DNA from: Acidimicrobiales bacterium
GTDB lineage: Bacteria; Actinomycetota; Acidimicrobiia; Acidimicrobiales; RAAP-2
NCBI GenBank assembly: GCA_035533995.1
Contig: DATLSR010000038.1
Span: 12,516-76,515 of the forward strand
Reading direction: 5' to 3'
Length of the DNA: 64,000 nt
A program made the position numbers and the translations under genes. This document shows, piece by piece, positions 17,839 through 28,194 of this stretch. Below the pieces are notes generated by a model. It worked only from the letters and a program-made list of their open reading frames with translations, made no database searches and was not told the DNA's origin. How positions within the stretch are numbered: position 1 is the first letter of the stretch; each line of letters starts with the position of its first letter.

Positions 17839-18413
17839 CCGTTCAGCAACGACAGGAAGTCCTTACTCGAGACCAGCGTGCGGCGTTGGCCGCCGGGCGT
17901 GAGCAGTTGCTGTACGACGCCCGCCGCCTGAACGACGATGCCCCCGGTCGCGCCCACTTCGTCGGCCGTTAGGACTAACTGGCCAACCGCGAGGAGTTGT
18001 TGGGACACCGACAACGTGTCCAGTGACGACGCCAAATTGATGTAACCAACGTCGTTGCGAACAGTGGCCGAGTCCAGTACCAGGTTGGTGGGTAGGGCCG
18101 AGGTGTACCCGGCCGAGGCTTCAATCGCGGAGGGACCAAGCAGGAGTTGCTGTACGACCGACGTCAAAGTCGGTGGTGAGGGGACGATGCGGTTGGAGGG
18201 GGCGAGCTGTCCAGTGGCGTCGACAATGTAGACCGGCTGGTGGACGAAGCGAACCCGAGCTCCGTTCGTGCCCGGAATGGTCTTGTGGAGCAGTCCAAGA
18301 GGCACGTTCGATCGGGGGACGTGCAGCGGAGCGGCGTTGGGCGCGACGAGTGTGCAGCTTGAGAGAAGGACGGCGCCGAGTGCGAGCAAGAGTACGAGGC
18401 GAAGGCTCTTCAC
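17835..18413 (-). CDS. GerMN-domain lipoprotein (minimal LpqB-like partner of the two-component system)
   Basis: Signal peptide plus lipobox (LLSSC). GerMN-like pattern VYIVDATGQLAP...LLLGPS...GYTSALP...VGYINLAS. It overlaps the 3' end of the upstream kinase gene by 4 nt. Confidence 0.7.
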   Translation of the reverse strand: MKSLRLVLLLALGAVLLSSCTLVAPNAAPLHVPRSNVPLGLLHKTIPGTNGARVRFVHQPVYIVDATGQLAPSNRIVPSPPTLTSVVQQLLLGPSAIEASAGYTSALPTNLVLDSATVRNDVGYINLASSLDTLSVSQQLLAVGQLVLTADEVGATGGIVVQAAGVVQQLLTPGGQRRTLVSSKDFLSLLNG

Positions 18414-19801
18414 GGGCTCGCCTCTTTGGTAATGGGTAAGAGAATCTGAAAGCGGGCCCCGCCCTCGGGGCTCTCGAGGACTTGGACGGAGCCGCCGATC
18501 GCGCGCACGTGATCGCGCACGAGCGCGAGTCCGAGTCCCGTGCCCCTGGCCAATCCACGGTCGTGGGCCGCGCGGCCGCGAAAGAACCTCTCGAAGACCG
18601 CGTCGCGCTCTTCGAGCGCGACCCCGGCACCGCCGTCGTCGACGTTGATGGCGAACTGACTACCGTCGACGTCCAGTCGTACCATCGTCGCGCCGCCGGC
18701 GTAGTAGTGGGCGTTGTCAATCAAGTTGGTAAGGGCGCGCTCGAATCGGCGACGATCAACCGAGACCAGGGGATCGCCAACTGACCTGTCGACTTCAACG
18801 GAGGGTTCGTGTATGCCGTGGCGCCGAGCGGCCGAACGAACCGATTGGCGAACCAACTCGACGCCCGCGACTGTCTCGATGACGAGGGGAACGGCGCCCG
18901 CGTCGGTGCGGGCCATCTCCAGGAGGTCCCTTACGAGTGACTGGAAGATCGAAAGATCCGCTGCCAACAGGTCCAAACTCTCTTGTCCCGCGGGTGAGAG
19001 TTCGCTGCGATGTTGTTGCAACACCGACGCGGTAGTGGCGAGAGTGGTGAGAGGAGAGCGAAGCTCGTGGCTGACGTCACTCGCGAATCGCGCGTCGCGC
19101 TCGAGTCGCTGGACGAGCTGACTGACCATCTCGTTGAAGGACTCAGTGAGTTGTTGGACCTCGCGATCGGCACGGGTGACTTGGAGTCGAGTCGACAGGT
19201 TGCCCTCGGCTATTGCCGCGGCGGCTAATGAGACCCGCTCGAGGGGTCGAACCGTGCGCCGAGTCACCCAAAGGCCCCCCGCGACACCAAGGAGAAAGGT
19301 GACGAGGGCACCAAAGCCGAGCACCAGGAGCAAGGTGCGCAAGGTGTTTTCGAGGGTGTTGAGTTTGAAGACCTCAAAGAACTGCGTCTCGACCGCGGGA
19401 ATTGGCACGCCCACGACGAAGATCAGCCGGCCGTTGACGTTTTGAATCTGCTCGGTGGGATCGCCCGCGAGGACTTTCTGAACGATCTTGGGTGACACGT
19501 CTTGGGTCGCCGCGCCGCTGCTCTTAGAGAGCCACTGTTGGTGGGTCTGGACGAGCACGTTCGACTGAGTCGCTCGTTGGATGGCGTTGAGTTCATTGGC
19601 CAACTGCGTCGGTGAAGTGTAGAGGGTGCTGCGTACGAGCGCGGCGTTGACGTAGGCCTGGCGTAGGTCGGTTTGGCGTTGATCGTTCACTAGTACGCGG
19701 TGTACGCCAGCGTAGGTGAGCGTCGCGGCCAGGCTGCTCACAATTAACGCGCCGAGTCCAAAGGTAATCAAGAGACGGAGTCGAAGGCTCCGTTGGCGCA
19801 T
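18410..19801 (-). CDS. Sensor histidine kinase (MtrB-like)
   Basis: Two TM segments flank an extracytoplasmic domain of about 140 aa. HAMP is followed by the HisKA H-box SHELRSPLTTL and an HATPase domain (GTGLGLALV). Its start shares 1 nt with the regulator stop (TAATG). Confidence 0.9.
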   Translation of the reverse strand: MRQRSLRLRLLITFGLGALIVSSLAATLTYAGVHRVLVNDQRQTDLRQAYVNAALVRSTLYTSPTQLANELNAIQRATQSNVLVQTHQQWLSKSSGAATQDVSPKIVQKVLAGDPTEQIQNVNGRLIFVVGVPIPAVETQFFEVFKLNTLENTLRTLLLVLGFGALVTFLLGVAGGLWVTRRTVRPLERVSLAAAAIAEGNLSTRLQVTRADREVQQLTESFNEMVSQLVQRLERDARFASDVSHELRSPLTTLATTASVLQQHRSELSPAGQESLDLLAADLSIFQSLVRDLLEMARTDAGAVPLVIETVAGVELVRQSVRSAARRHGIHEPSVEVDRSVGDPLVSVDRRRFERALTNLIDNAHYYAGGATMVRLDVDGSQFAINVDDGGAGVALEERDAVFERFFRGRAAHDRGLARGTGLGLALVRDHVRAIGGSVQVLESPEGGARFQILLPITKEASP

Positions 19802-20475
19802 TAGAGAACCAACTTGTAGCCAGTTCCTCGAACGGTGACGAGGTAAGTGGGGCTGGCGGGATCGGGCTCGATCTTCATGCGCAGTCGTCGAATGTGCACA
19901 TCCACGAGACGACTGTCGCCAAAGTAGTCGTATCCCCAGACCCGCTCGAGTAAGTCTTCGCGCGAGAGCACTCGTCCGTTCACAGACGCCAGGTCCGTGA
20001 GGAGTCGGAACTCCGTGGAGGTGAGGTGAAGTTCGGATCCGTCGCGGTAGCGCACGACGCCTTCATCGGGAATGACGCGTAGCTCGCCCATCTGAAAGGC
20101 GTTGGCACTCTTGTCGGGGCGGCGACGAAGGTGCGCGCGCACGCGCGCCAAGAGTTCTTCGGGCGCGAAGGGTTTGGTGACGTAGTCGTCCGCGCCGGAT
20201 TCGAGTCCGAGCACGACGTCAACGGTCTCGTCGCGCGCCGAGACAATCACGATCGGCAAATCGCTGGCCGAGCGCAGCGCCTGACAGGTCTGAAAACCCG
20301 TCATGCCGGGCAGCATCACGTCGACAATCGCGACGTCGGAGGCCATACGGGCAAACAGGGCAACTCCGAGTTCGCCAGTCGGGGCGTCGTCAACACTGAA
20401 GCCCTCGCCCTCAAACATGAGACGTAGAGCTGTGCGAATGTGGTCGTCGTCTTCAACTATCAAGATACGAGGCAC
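19801..20475 (-). CDS. OmpR/PhoB-family response regulator (MtrA-like)
   Basis: Receiver domain (ILIVEDD...DVMLPGM) plus a winged-helix output domain (TVRGTGYKLV). AAGGAG precedes the start on the minus strand. Confidence 0.9.
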   Translation of the reverse strand: MPRILIVEDDDHIRTALRLMFEGEGFSVDDAPTGELGVALFARMASDVAIVDVMLPGMTGFQTCQALRSASDLPIVIVSARDETVDVVLGLESGADDYVTKPFAPEELLARVRAHLRRRPDKSANAFQMGELRVIPDEGVVRYRDGSELHLTSTEFRLLTDLASVNGRVLSREDLLERVWGYDYFGDSRLVDVHIRRLRMKIEPDPASPTYLVTVRGTGYKLVL

Positions 20476-20549
20476 TCGGGCTCCTTTGGAATCATCGCTA
20501 AGACTAGTAAGTCGCGACCGGGGGTCTCGGTGTCACTAGCCTTAATTTC

Positions 20550-21458
20550 GTGTCGGCCGTTGAAAAAAGCGAGCGAGCCACGTCAGCGTGGTACTTAGCG
20601 AACTACGCCGATACCCTGCGCGCGGCCGACCGCTCAGTGGCGACCCAGCGGGCCTACAACTCGGACGCTCGGGCGTACGTGCGCTGGTCCATGGAGCGCG
20701 GAACGCTCTCTCCAATCGAGGTCACGAAGAAGGACTTACGTGAGTATCTGGTCTTTATGACCAATCGCGGCGATGAACGAACCTCGATTAGTCGTCGCCG
20801 CGCCTCGCTGCGCAGTTACTTCTCGTGGCTCGTTGAGCGCGGTCACCTCGCCTCGTCGCCGGCCGCCCGTCTCTTGGCGCCACGGCCGGACCAGCACTTG
20901 CCCAAAATCGTTGTGCGCGAGCAGCTCGACAATCTTTTGGACGATGACTGGGGCGAAGACGAGTGGGCCACGCTCGATCGCGCGGTCTGTGAAGTCCTCT
21001 ACGGCGCGGGGTTACGCGTGTCAGAACTCTGTGACCTCGACGTGGCGAGCGTTGATTTCACCCAAGGCTTGTTGCGCGTAATGGGAAAGGGTCGAAAAGA
21101 ACGCGTGGTGCCGCTGCACCAGCGAGGTATGGAGGCGCTTCGTCTCTGGATCGGGGACGCGCGCGAGTACGTACTGCGCACGAGCTCGCCTCGAGAAGCA
21201 CTCTTTCTCAATCGCCGTGCTAATCGTCTGGGGCCACGCGACGTGCGGCGCATTCTCGATCACCGCGTCGCGCGCGGTCACGTCCAGCCCCACGCACTTC
21301 GCCACACCTACGCGACCCACCTCGTTGAGGGTGGCGCCGATCTACGGGTGGTGCAAGAACTCTTGGGACACGAAAGTCTCACCACGACGCAGATTTACAC
21401 CCACGTCTCGAAGTCGCGCCTCCAAAAAGTTCATCGCCAGACCCACCCGCGGGGTTAG
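20550..21458 (+). CDS. xerC: Tyrosine recombinase XerC/XerD
   Basis: Catalytic residues in HALRHTYATHL and LGHESLTTTQIYTH. The N-terminal SAM-like core-binding domain is present. The XerC assignment rests only on the position upstream of rpsB, as I recall it for actinobacteria. Confidence 0.8.
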   Translation: MSAVEKSERATSAWYLANYADTLRAADRSVATQRAYNSDARAYVRWSMERGTLSPIEVTKKDLREYLVFMTNRGDERTSISRRRASLRSYFSWLVERGHLASSPAARLLAPRPDQHLPKIVVREQLDNLLDDDWGEDEWATLDRAVCEVLYGAGLRVSELCDLDVASVDFTQGLLRVMGKGRKERVVPLHQRGMEALRLWIGDAREYVLRTSSPREALFLNRRANRLGPRDVRRILDHRVARGHVQPHALRHTYATHLVEGGADLRVVQELLGHESLTTTQIYTHVSKSRLQKVHRQTHPRG

Positions 21459-21590
21459 TTACTCCTAGCGGTTAACATGGTTGGGCTCTCCCAGAGTGGG
21501 CGAGCAAGTGAGTTGTCCTCGTGGTTTCGTACGGTCGCCGATGTTGGTGCTCCACGGGGTTGAAGCAACCATACGAAAGGAATCTAGATC

Positions 21591-22319
21591 GTGGCACTCG
21601 TCACTCTGCAGGAACTATTGGACTCGGGTGTGCACTTCGGGCACCAGACCCGTCGTTGGAACCCCAAGATGCGTCGTTTCATCCTTGGTGAGCGCAACGG
21701 CATCTACCTCATCGATCTTCGCAAGACCCTCGCGGGCATCGAACTCAGCTACGCCTACGTTCGCGACCTCGTCGCTGACGGCGGCGTGATTCTCTTCGTC
21801 GGCACCAAGAAGCAGACCCAAGGCCCCATCGAGGACTACGCCAAGGCCTGTGGCATGCCCTTCGTCAATCAGCGCTGGCTGGGCGGAATGTTGACGAACT
21901 TCACCACGGTCGCCGGACGCGTCAAGCGTTTGATCGAACTTAGGGCTATGGAGCGCGCCGGTGACTTTGGCAATATGCCCAAGCGCGAGGCACTGCGCCA
22001 CAGTCGTGAACTCGAAAAGCTTGACCGCAACTTGAGCGGCATCGCCAACCTCGACCGCGTGCCCGACGCCATCTTCGTGATCGACACGAAGAAGGAACAC
22101 ATCGCGGTCACCGAAGCGCGCAAACTGGGCCTGCCCGTCGTGGCGGTCGTGGACACCAACTGTGACCCCGACGTCATTGACTACGTGATTCCCGGCAACG
22201 ACGACGCCATTCGTGCCGGCGCGTTGCTCTGTCGCTTGATTGCCGACGCGGTGACCGAAGGTCGCTTCATTCGCCAGAATCGCCCCGCCGTTACGGTGAG
22301 CGTTACCGCCACCGCTTAA
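21591..22319 (+). CDS. rpsB: 30S ribosomal protein S2
   Basis: [19 protein letters not shown]...; rpsB-tsf pair. Confidence 0.95.
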   Translation: MALVTLQELLDSGVHFGHQTRRWNPKMRRFILGERNGIYLIDLRKTLAGIELSYAYVRDLVADGGVILFVGTKKQTQGPIEDYAKACGMPFVNQRWLGGMLTNFTTVAGRVKRLIELRAMERAGDFGNMPKREALRHSRELEKLDRNLSGIANLDRVPDAIFVIDTKKEHIAVTEARKLGLPVVAVVDTNCDPDVIDYVIPGNDDAIRAGALLCRLIADAVTEGRFIRQNRPAVTVSVTATA

Positions 22320-22350
22320 TTCATCCCAAGATTCAAAGAGGAGAACCAAG

Positions 22351-23142
22351 GTGACTATCACCGCCAAAGACGTACAGGTCCTGCGCCAGTCCACGGGTGT
22401 GGGCATGATGGACGCAAAGAAAGCCCTCGAGGCGAACAATGGGGACATGGACGCCGCCACTCAGTGGCTGCGCGTGCAGGGACTCGCGTCGGCCGCGAAG
22501 CGCGCCGAGCGAGAAGCCGGCGAGGGCGCCGTTGCGGTCGTGCGCGACGGATCCGTTGCCGCCATCGTGGAACTGCGCTGTGAGACCGACTTCGTCGCGA
22601 AATCAGATGAGTTCGTGTCGCTCGCCGACGAGATTGCTGCTCGCGTGTGCGTTGACGGTGAAGGTGCCGTCAAGCAGTTTCAAGAGAACATCGAAGTGAT
22701 GCTCACCACGCTCAAAGAGAACATTTCGATTGGCCGCGTGTACCGACTCGAAGCCGGTCCCGACGAGGTCGTGGACACTTATATCCACCACCAGAGTGGT
22801 CGCGGCGTGAACGCCGTCGGTGTGGTCTTAAAGGGCGCGAGCGAAGAAGTGGCCCACGAGATCGCGGTACACATCGCCTTCGCCAAGCCGAACTACTTAA
22901 GGCGCGAGGACGTTCCGGCCAGTGAAGTCGACGCCGAGCGCAAGACCGTCGAAGAGATCACGCTCAACGAAGGTAAGCCCGCAGCGGCGCTACCCAAAAT
23001 AATCGAAGGACGGCTGAATGGTTGGTTCAAGGAGCGCGTCCTCTTGGAACAGCCCTACGTCAAAGACGAAAAGGTGTCCGTGGAGAAGTTTTTGAACGGC
23101 GCGACCATTAGCGCCTACGCTCAAGTAGTTATCGGGGGATAG
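22351..23142 (+). CDS. tsf: Elongation factor Ts
   Basis: UBA-like N-terminus: ITAKDVQVLRQSTGVGMMDAKKALEANNGDMDAA. Confidence 0.95.
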   Translation: MTITAKDVQVLRQSTGVGMMDAKKALEANNGDMDAATQWLRVQGLASAAKRAEREAGEGAVAVVRDGSVAAIVELRCETDFVAKSDEFVSLADEIAARVCVDGEGAVKQFQENIEVMLTTLKENISIGRVYRLEAGPDEVVDTYIHHQSGRGVNAVGVVLKGASEEVAHEIAVHIAFAKPNYLRREDVPASEVDAERKTVEEITLNEGKPAAALPKIIEGRLNGWFKERVLLEQPYVKDEKVSVEKFLNGATISAYAQVVIGG

Positions 23143-23151
23143 GACATCGTC

Positions 23152-23862
23152 GTGCGTCGAGTGGTTTTAAAACTGTCGGGTGAGGCATTGGCCTCTGCCG
23201 CGAGCGACGAAACCATTGACGCTTCCACGGTTGATTTTCTCGCCCGCGAGATCGCGGCAGCGATGGAGCGAGGTGGCCTTGAGCTCGCGGTCGTCGTCGG
23301 TGGGGGCAATATCTGGCGTGGAGCGACGGGCGAACTCGCTGGAATGAATCGGGCGAACTCCGACCTTATGGGCATGCTGGGCACCGTTATTAACGCTCTC
23401 GCTCTCCAAGACGCCATCGAAAACCACGGACGTCCCACTCGCGTGATGTCGGCGATCAACATGGACCAGGTCGCCGAGCCCTACATTCGTCGCCGGGCGG
23501 TTCGTCACCTCGAGAAGGGTCGCGTCGTCATCTTCGCGGCCGGCATGGGCAACCCCTACTTCACCACCGACACCCCCGCCGCTCAACGCGCCGCGGAAGT
23601 CGAAGCCGAGATCGTTCTGAAGGGCACCCACGGTGGCGTGGACGGCGTCTACTCCGAGGATCCGCGCGTTAACCCCAAGGCCGTTAAGTTCGATGAAATT
23701 TCCTTTGACGAAGTGATCGCGCGCGATCTGCGGGTCATGGACATGACCGCGATCACGTTCTGTAAAGACAACCATTTACCGCTTCGCGTCTTTGACCTGA
23801 TGGCCGCGGGTAATCTGGGCCGCGCCCTCGACGGTCGTCCCGTCGGTACGCTGGTGAGGTAA
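23152..23862 (+). CDS. pyrH: UMP kinase
   Basis: [12 protein letters not shown]... and [15 protein letters not shown]. Confidence 0.95.
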   Translation: MRRVVLKLSGEALASAASDETIDASTVDFLAREIAAAMERGGLELAVVVGGGNIWRGATGELAGMNRANSDLMGMLGTVINALALQDAIENHGRPTRVMSAINMDQVAEPYIRRRAVRHLEKGRVVIFAAGMGNPYFTTDTPAAQRAAEVEAEIVLKGTHGGVDGVYSEDPRVNPKAVKFDEISFDEVIARDLRVMDMTAITFCKDNHLPLRVFDLMAAGNLGRALDGRPVGTLVR

Positions 23863-24431
23863 TGAATAACGAACTCGTCGACCTCGTCATGGAGGACACT
23901 CGCGAACGAATGGTGCGGGCCATCGAGCACGTGAAGAACGAATTCGGTGCGGTGCGAACCGGTCGGGCGTCGTCCTCACTCGTTGAGGGGCTGATCGTTG
24001 ACTACTACGGTACCGAGACCTCACTGAAGCAGCTCGCGAACTTCTCCGTGCCCGAGCCACGGTTGCTCGTCGTCTCTCCTTTCGACAAGGGCTCCATCGC
24101 CGCTATCGAAAAGGCCATTGGTAACGCTGACTTAGGCCTGACCCCGTCCAACGATGGCCAGGTAATTCGCTTGGCCTTTCCTACGCTGACTGAAGAGCGT
24201 CGCAAGACCTTCGTGAAAATGGTCAAAGCTAAGGCCGAAGAGGGCCGGGTGGCGCTGCGCGGAGTTCGCCGCCACGCTCGCCAAGAACTGGAGGCACTGG
24301 AAAAAGAAGAGGGTCTCTCGAGCGACGAGATTGAGCGCCTCGAGAAGGTGCTCGACAAAATGACCCAAGACGAAGTGGCCGTCGTTGACGCGCTGCTCGC
24401 GCACAAGGAGCAGGAGCTTCTTGATGTCTGA
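23862..24431 (+). CDS. frr: Ribosome recycling factor
   Basis: 189 aa with EFGAVRTGRASSSLVEGL...PFD. Its start shares 1 nt with the pyrH stop (TAATG). Confidence 0.95.
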   Translation: MNNELVDLVMEDTRERMVRAIEHVKNEFGAVRTGRASSSLVEGLIVDYYGTETSLKQLANFSVPEPRLLVVSPFDKGSIAAIEKAIGNADLGLTPSNDGQVIRLAFPTLTEERRKTFVKMVKAKAEEGRVALRGVRRHARQELEALEKEEGLSSDEIERLEKVLDKMTQDEVAVVDALLAHKEQELLDV

Positions 24432-25722
24432 TGACGGAACCTACGACGACGAACCCACTGGTGAGTTTCCGGTAGCGAGCACGAACGACTCGCGCGTGAC
24501 GATTACTGGCGCCGAGATTGCCTCGGAGCTCGTGGACGACGCACCCGAGGTTGATCCGACCACGTTCCTGCCCCACTGGACGGACGCGCCCACGGGCCAG
24601 GTCCCCATCGTCGTCGCTCGCGAAGCCGCGCACAATGACGATCCCTGGTCGGCGATTCCCGCTCCGGCGTGGCGCGAGGGTGAAGCGGATTGGGTTGCCC
24701 ACGAGGATCAGTTCGACGCGTCGATACTGGCGGGCGACGAAAAGACCGACGACGCTCGTCCCTGGGAGTTCACCCTGCCCGAAGCTGAAGTCGAAGAAGA
24801 GACGACAGTTGAGGCTCCCCGGCCCGCTCCAGTGGCCGCGGCTCAACACACGCGCCACCGCGTCTCATCGAATCCACTGGCCGGACGTGCCGTTCGACAG
24901 AGCGCCTCGAGCAGCGTCACGCGCGCGACCGGCACGGGCGTGCTACTCGCCATCGTCGTCTTCGCCGTCTTTCTTGCGGGCCCGCTGCCCGTTACCGTAT
25001 TGCTTCTCGCGGCGCTGGCCTTTGCGAGCGCCGAGGCGTACGCGGGCTTTCGGACCCTCGGCGCGCACCCGGCGACGATTCTTGGCATCGTTGCGGTACT
25101 AACCCTCGGCGTCGCGGTCTACAACAAGGGACTCGTTGTCGTTGGCGCGGTGACGGTACTGCTCGTCATTTTCGGATTCTTTTGGTACATGAGCGCGAAG
25201 AGCAAGATCGACGTGCTCGACGGCATTGGCGCCACGATCTTCGTCTACGTCTGGGTGGGCGTACTTGGTTCCTACGGCGTGTTGATGCTCGCGCCGAACA
25301 CCTACCCAGACCGACACGGCATCGCGTACCTCTTTGGCGCGGTGGCGCTAACGATTTCAAACGACGTGGGCGCGCTCTTTGTTGGGCGATGGATCGGCCG
25401 ACGGCCGTTGAACCGTGTGCTCTCGCCGAACAAGACCGTTGAGGGCACCATCGGCGGCACGATCATCACCTTGATCGCGGGCGCGGTTATTTTGCCAATG
25501 GTTTCACCCTGGACACTCACCCACGGCCTCGAAGCGGCCGTGGCGCTGTCCATTGTGGTGCCTCTGGGCGACCTCTTTGAATCGATGGTGAAGCGCACGC
25601 TGGGCGTTAAGGATCTCGGACGACTCTTGCCGGGCCACGGGGGACTGCTCGACCGAATGGACGGACTGTTGTTCGCGCTGCCGACGATGTACTACCTCCT
25701 CCACGTTCTCAAACTGAGCTAG
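24424..25722 (+). CDS. cdsA: Phosphatidate cytidylyltransferase with an acidic, Trp/Pro-containing N-terminal extension of about 170 aa
   Basis: C-terminal CdsA signature GDLFESMVKRTLGVKDLGRLLPGHGGLLDRMD and multiple TM helices. ATG 24424 overlaps the frr 3' end by 8 nt. Confidence 0.9.
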   Translation: MSDDGTYDDEPTGEFPVASTNDSRVTITGAEIASELVDDAPEVDPTTFLPHWTDAPTGQVPIVVAREAAHNDDPWSAIPAPAWREGEADWVAHEDQFDASILAGDEKTDDARPWEFTLPEAEVEEETTVEAPRPAPVAAAQHTRHRVSSNPLAGRAVRQSASSSVTRATGTGVLLAIVVFAVFLAGPLPVTVLLLAALAFASAEAYAGFRTLGAHPATILGIVAVLTLGVAVYNKGLVVVGAVTVLLVIFGFFWYMSAKSKIDVLDGIGATIFVYVWVGVLGSYGVLMLAPNTYPDRHGIAYLFGAVALTISNDVGALFVGRWIGRRPLNRVLSPNKTVEGTIGGTIITLIAGAVILPMVSPWTLTHGLEAAVALSIVVPLGDLFESMVKRTLGVKDLGRLLPGHGGLLDRMDGLLFALPTMYYLLHVLKLS

Positions 25723-25724
25723 CG

Positions 25725-26891
25725 GTGTCGCACTCGCGCCAAAGCGTGGCGCTGCTTGGGGCGACGGGATCGATTGGCGTACAGACACTCGACGTGCTGC
25801 GCCACGAGCGCGAGCGCTTTGAATTGGTGTCGATCAGCGGTGGTGAGCAGCTGAGCGAACTCGCGGCGATCGCCAGTGAGTTCCACGTCGCCTCCATCGC
25901 GGTAAAGAGCCACGTACACCGTACGGCTCTCGTAGACCTCGTTGGCCCCGACGTCGCGATCGTCGTGGGTGAAGAAGGGCTGGCCGAGCTTTCACAGAGT
26001 GCGGACGTCATCGTGAACGCGGTGCTGGGCTTCGCGGGACTTCCCGTCACGCTCGCGGCGCTTGGCGCCGGAAAGCGTTTGGCGTTGGCGAATAAGGAGT
26101 CACTCATCGCGGCCGCGCCGTTGGTGGCCAGCGTGCGTGACACGTTGGGCGCTGAGTTGCTGCCGATCGATTCAGAGCACTGCGCGATACATCAGTGCCT
26201 CGCGAGTTCGCCTTCTCACGGTGGTTACCCCGACGTGAAGCGACTCCTCCTGACGGCATCGGGCGGACCGTTTCGAGGATGGAGCAAGGACGAACTGAAG
26301 GGCGCGACCAAGGAGGAGGCCCTGCACCATCCCACGTGGAGCATGGGCGCCAAGATCACGATCGACTCGTCGACGTTGATGAACAAGGGCCTCGAAGTAC
26401 TCGAGGCCTCAGCGCTCTTCGGGATCGACGCCTCGCGCGTTGAGGTCGTCGTTCATCCTCAGTCGGTCGTGCACTCGATGGTTGAGTACGTGGACGGCTC
26501 GGTGCTCGCCCAACTCTCTCGCCCCGACATGCGTCTGCCCATTGCGTACTGTCTCGGTCTCCCCGAGCGCCTCGCTCATCACTACGGCGAACTCGACTTC
26601 ACGAAAAGTTTCGAGCTGAGTTTTGAGCCACCGGACTACGAAGCGTTCCCGGCGCTTGGACTCGCCTTTGAAGCGGCTCGCCTCGGCGGCGCCGCCCCGG
26701 CGTGGTTGAGCGCGGCGAACGAAGTCGCGGTCGAGGCGTTCTTGGCCGATCAGATCTCGTGGTGCGACATCGTCGCCATCGTGGCCGCGACCATGGACCA
26801 CTACGAGCCCGATCCGTTGGAATCCCTGTCTGCGCTGTATGAAAATGACGACGCCTCTCGAAAGTGGGCGCGCGCTAGCCTCAAAAAGTAG
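25725..26891 (+). CDS. dxr: 1-deoxy-D-xylulose 5-phosphate reductoisomerase
   Basis: LLGATGSIGVQTLDV, LANKESL, HPTWSMGAKITIDSSTLMNKGLE. Confidence 0.95.
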   Translation: MSHSRQSVALLGATGSIGVQTLDVLRHERERFELVSISGGEQLSELAAIASEFHVASIAVKSHVHRTALVDLVGPDVAIVVGEEGLAELSQSADVIVNAVLGFAGLPVTLAALGAGKRLALANKESLIAAAPLVASVRDTLGAELLPIDSEHCAIHQCLASSPSHGGYPDVKRLLLTASGGPFRGWSKDELKGATKEEALHHPTWSMGAKITIDSSTLMNKGLEVLEASALFGIDASRVEVVVHPQSVVHSMVEYVDGSVLAQLSRPDMRLPIAYCLGLPERLAHHYGELDFTKSFELSFEPPDYEAFPALGLAFEAARLGGAAPAWLSAANEVAVEAFLADQISWCDIVAIVAATMDHYEPDPLESLSALYENDDASRKWARASLKK

Positions 26892-26893
26892 TT

Positions 26894-28156
26894 ATGGAAC
26901 AGAGTTCGTCACTTCGCCAGTCGCCCCTGACGTTGATCGTGGGCGTCGTGGCGTTGGTGGCCCTGCTCACGTGGTGGGCCGGCTGGGCCCTCCCATTCGT
27001 CATCTTTGCCGTGATCGCGATGGTGATGGGTCACGAGTTCGGTCACTTCATCACCGCCAAGCGCGCCGGACTCCTCGTGACGGACTTCTTCGTCGGCTTT
27101 GGCCCGGTCGTGTGGTCAACGACCATCGGCGAGACACGATACGGCGTGCGCGCCCTTCTTCTTGGCGGTTACGTCAAGGTGCCGGGTATGACGTGGACGG
27201 AAAAGATTGATCCGGCCCTCGAAAAGCGCACGTACCGAGCGGCGTCGTACCCAAAGAAGGTTCTCTTTGCGTCGGCGGGATCATTAATGCACCTGCTCAT
27301 GGCGCTCACGCTCGCTTGGGTGTCACTGGCCTTCATTGGCGCGCCTTCGGCGAGTCACGTCGACATCGCGCAGTTCAGCAAGTGGGACGGACACAAAGAG
27401 ACCGTCGCGCAACTGGCCGGGCTGAAGGTTGGCGATCAGATCGTGGCCGTTGACGGACGCAAGATCACGAATCCCAACCAACTCGACTACGTCGTGCACC
27501 ATCACGTCGGTACGTCACTCACGCTGCTGGTTGACCGTGGGGGACACGATCTCACCTTGCACGCGACGCCGGTCAACGGGCAGAACATCAGAGTCAACGG
27601 CGTCCCGCTCGTAGCGAAGTCCCAACCCGCGTCGGGCTACATTGGCATTGAAATCGGCGAGGCGACGGTCCACGCTTCCCTCCTGGGCGCCGTTCCTCAC
27701 GCCTTTCATACCGTGGGTTCGGCCCTCTCCTCGACGGGTACCTCACTCGTGCGCGTGTTTTCACTGCACGAGTTTCTCAGTCTCTTTCATCAAGTAGCTT
27801 CGCCGGCCGCCGCAGAGAACAAAGTGAATCAAGACACGCGCCCCGAATCAATCGTGGGTGTCGTGCGCATAGCGGTCCAGGGCGCCCACAACGGCTGGGC
27901 CACGCTCATCGCCATTTTGGTCATCATCAATATCTTCGTGGGCGTGCTCAATATGTTGCCCATCTTGCCCTTAGATGGTGGGTACGTGGCGATCGCGACC
28001 TACGAGCGACTGCGTAGCCGAAAGGGCTCGCGCTACCACCTCGACATCAACCGCTTGGCGCCACTGATCTACGCCTTTATGACCGTCTTACTCGTTCTCT
28101 TTGCCTGCACGCTCTACCTCGACATCGTCCACCCCATCGCCAACCCGTTTAATTAG
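26894..28156 (+). CDS. Site-2 (M50) intramembrane zinc metalloprotease, RseP/Rip1-like
   Basis: HEFGHF (HExxH) in the first TM region, a PDZ-like segment (GLKVGDQIVAVDG) and a C-terminal LPILPLDGG motif. It lies between dxr and ispG. Confidence 0.9.
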   Translation: MEQSSSLRQSPLTLIVGVVALVALLTWWAGWALPFVIFAVIAMVMGHEFGHFITAKRAGLLVTDFFVGFGPVVWSTTIGETRYGVRALLLGGYVKVPGMTWTEKIDPALEKRTYRAASYPKKVLFASAGSLMHLLMALTLAWVSLAFIGAPSASHVDIAQFSKWDGHKETVAQLAGLKVGDQIVAVDGRKITNPNQLDYVVHHHVGTSLTLLVDRGGHDLTLHATPVNGQNIRVNGVPLVAKSQPASGYIGIEIGEATVHASLLGAVPHAFHTVGSALSSTGTSLVRVFSLHEFLSLFHQVASPAAAENKVNQDTRPESIVGVVRIAVQGAHNGWATLIAILVIINIFVGVLNMLPILPLDGGYVAIATYERLRSRKGSRYHLDINRLAPLIYAFMTVLLVLFACTLYLDIVHPIANPFN

Positions 28157-28194
28157 GCGCTTCGGGGCGCTCGCGCGCACGGCAGACTAGAGGG

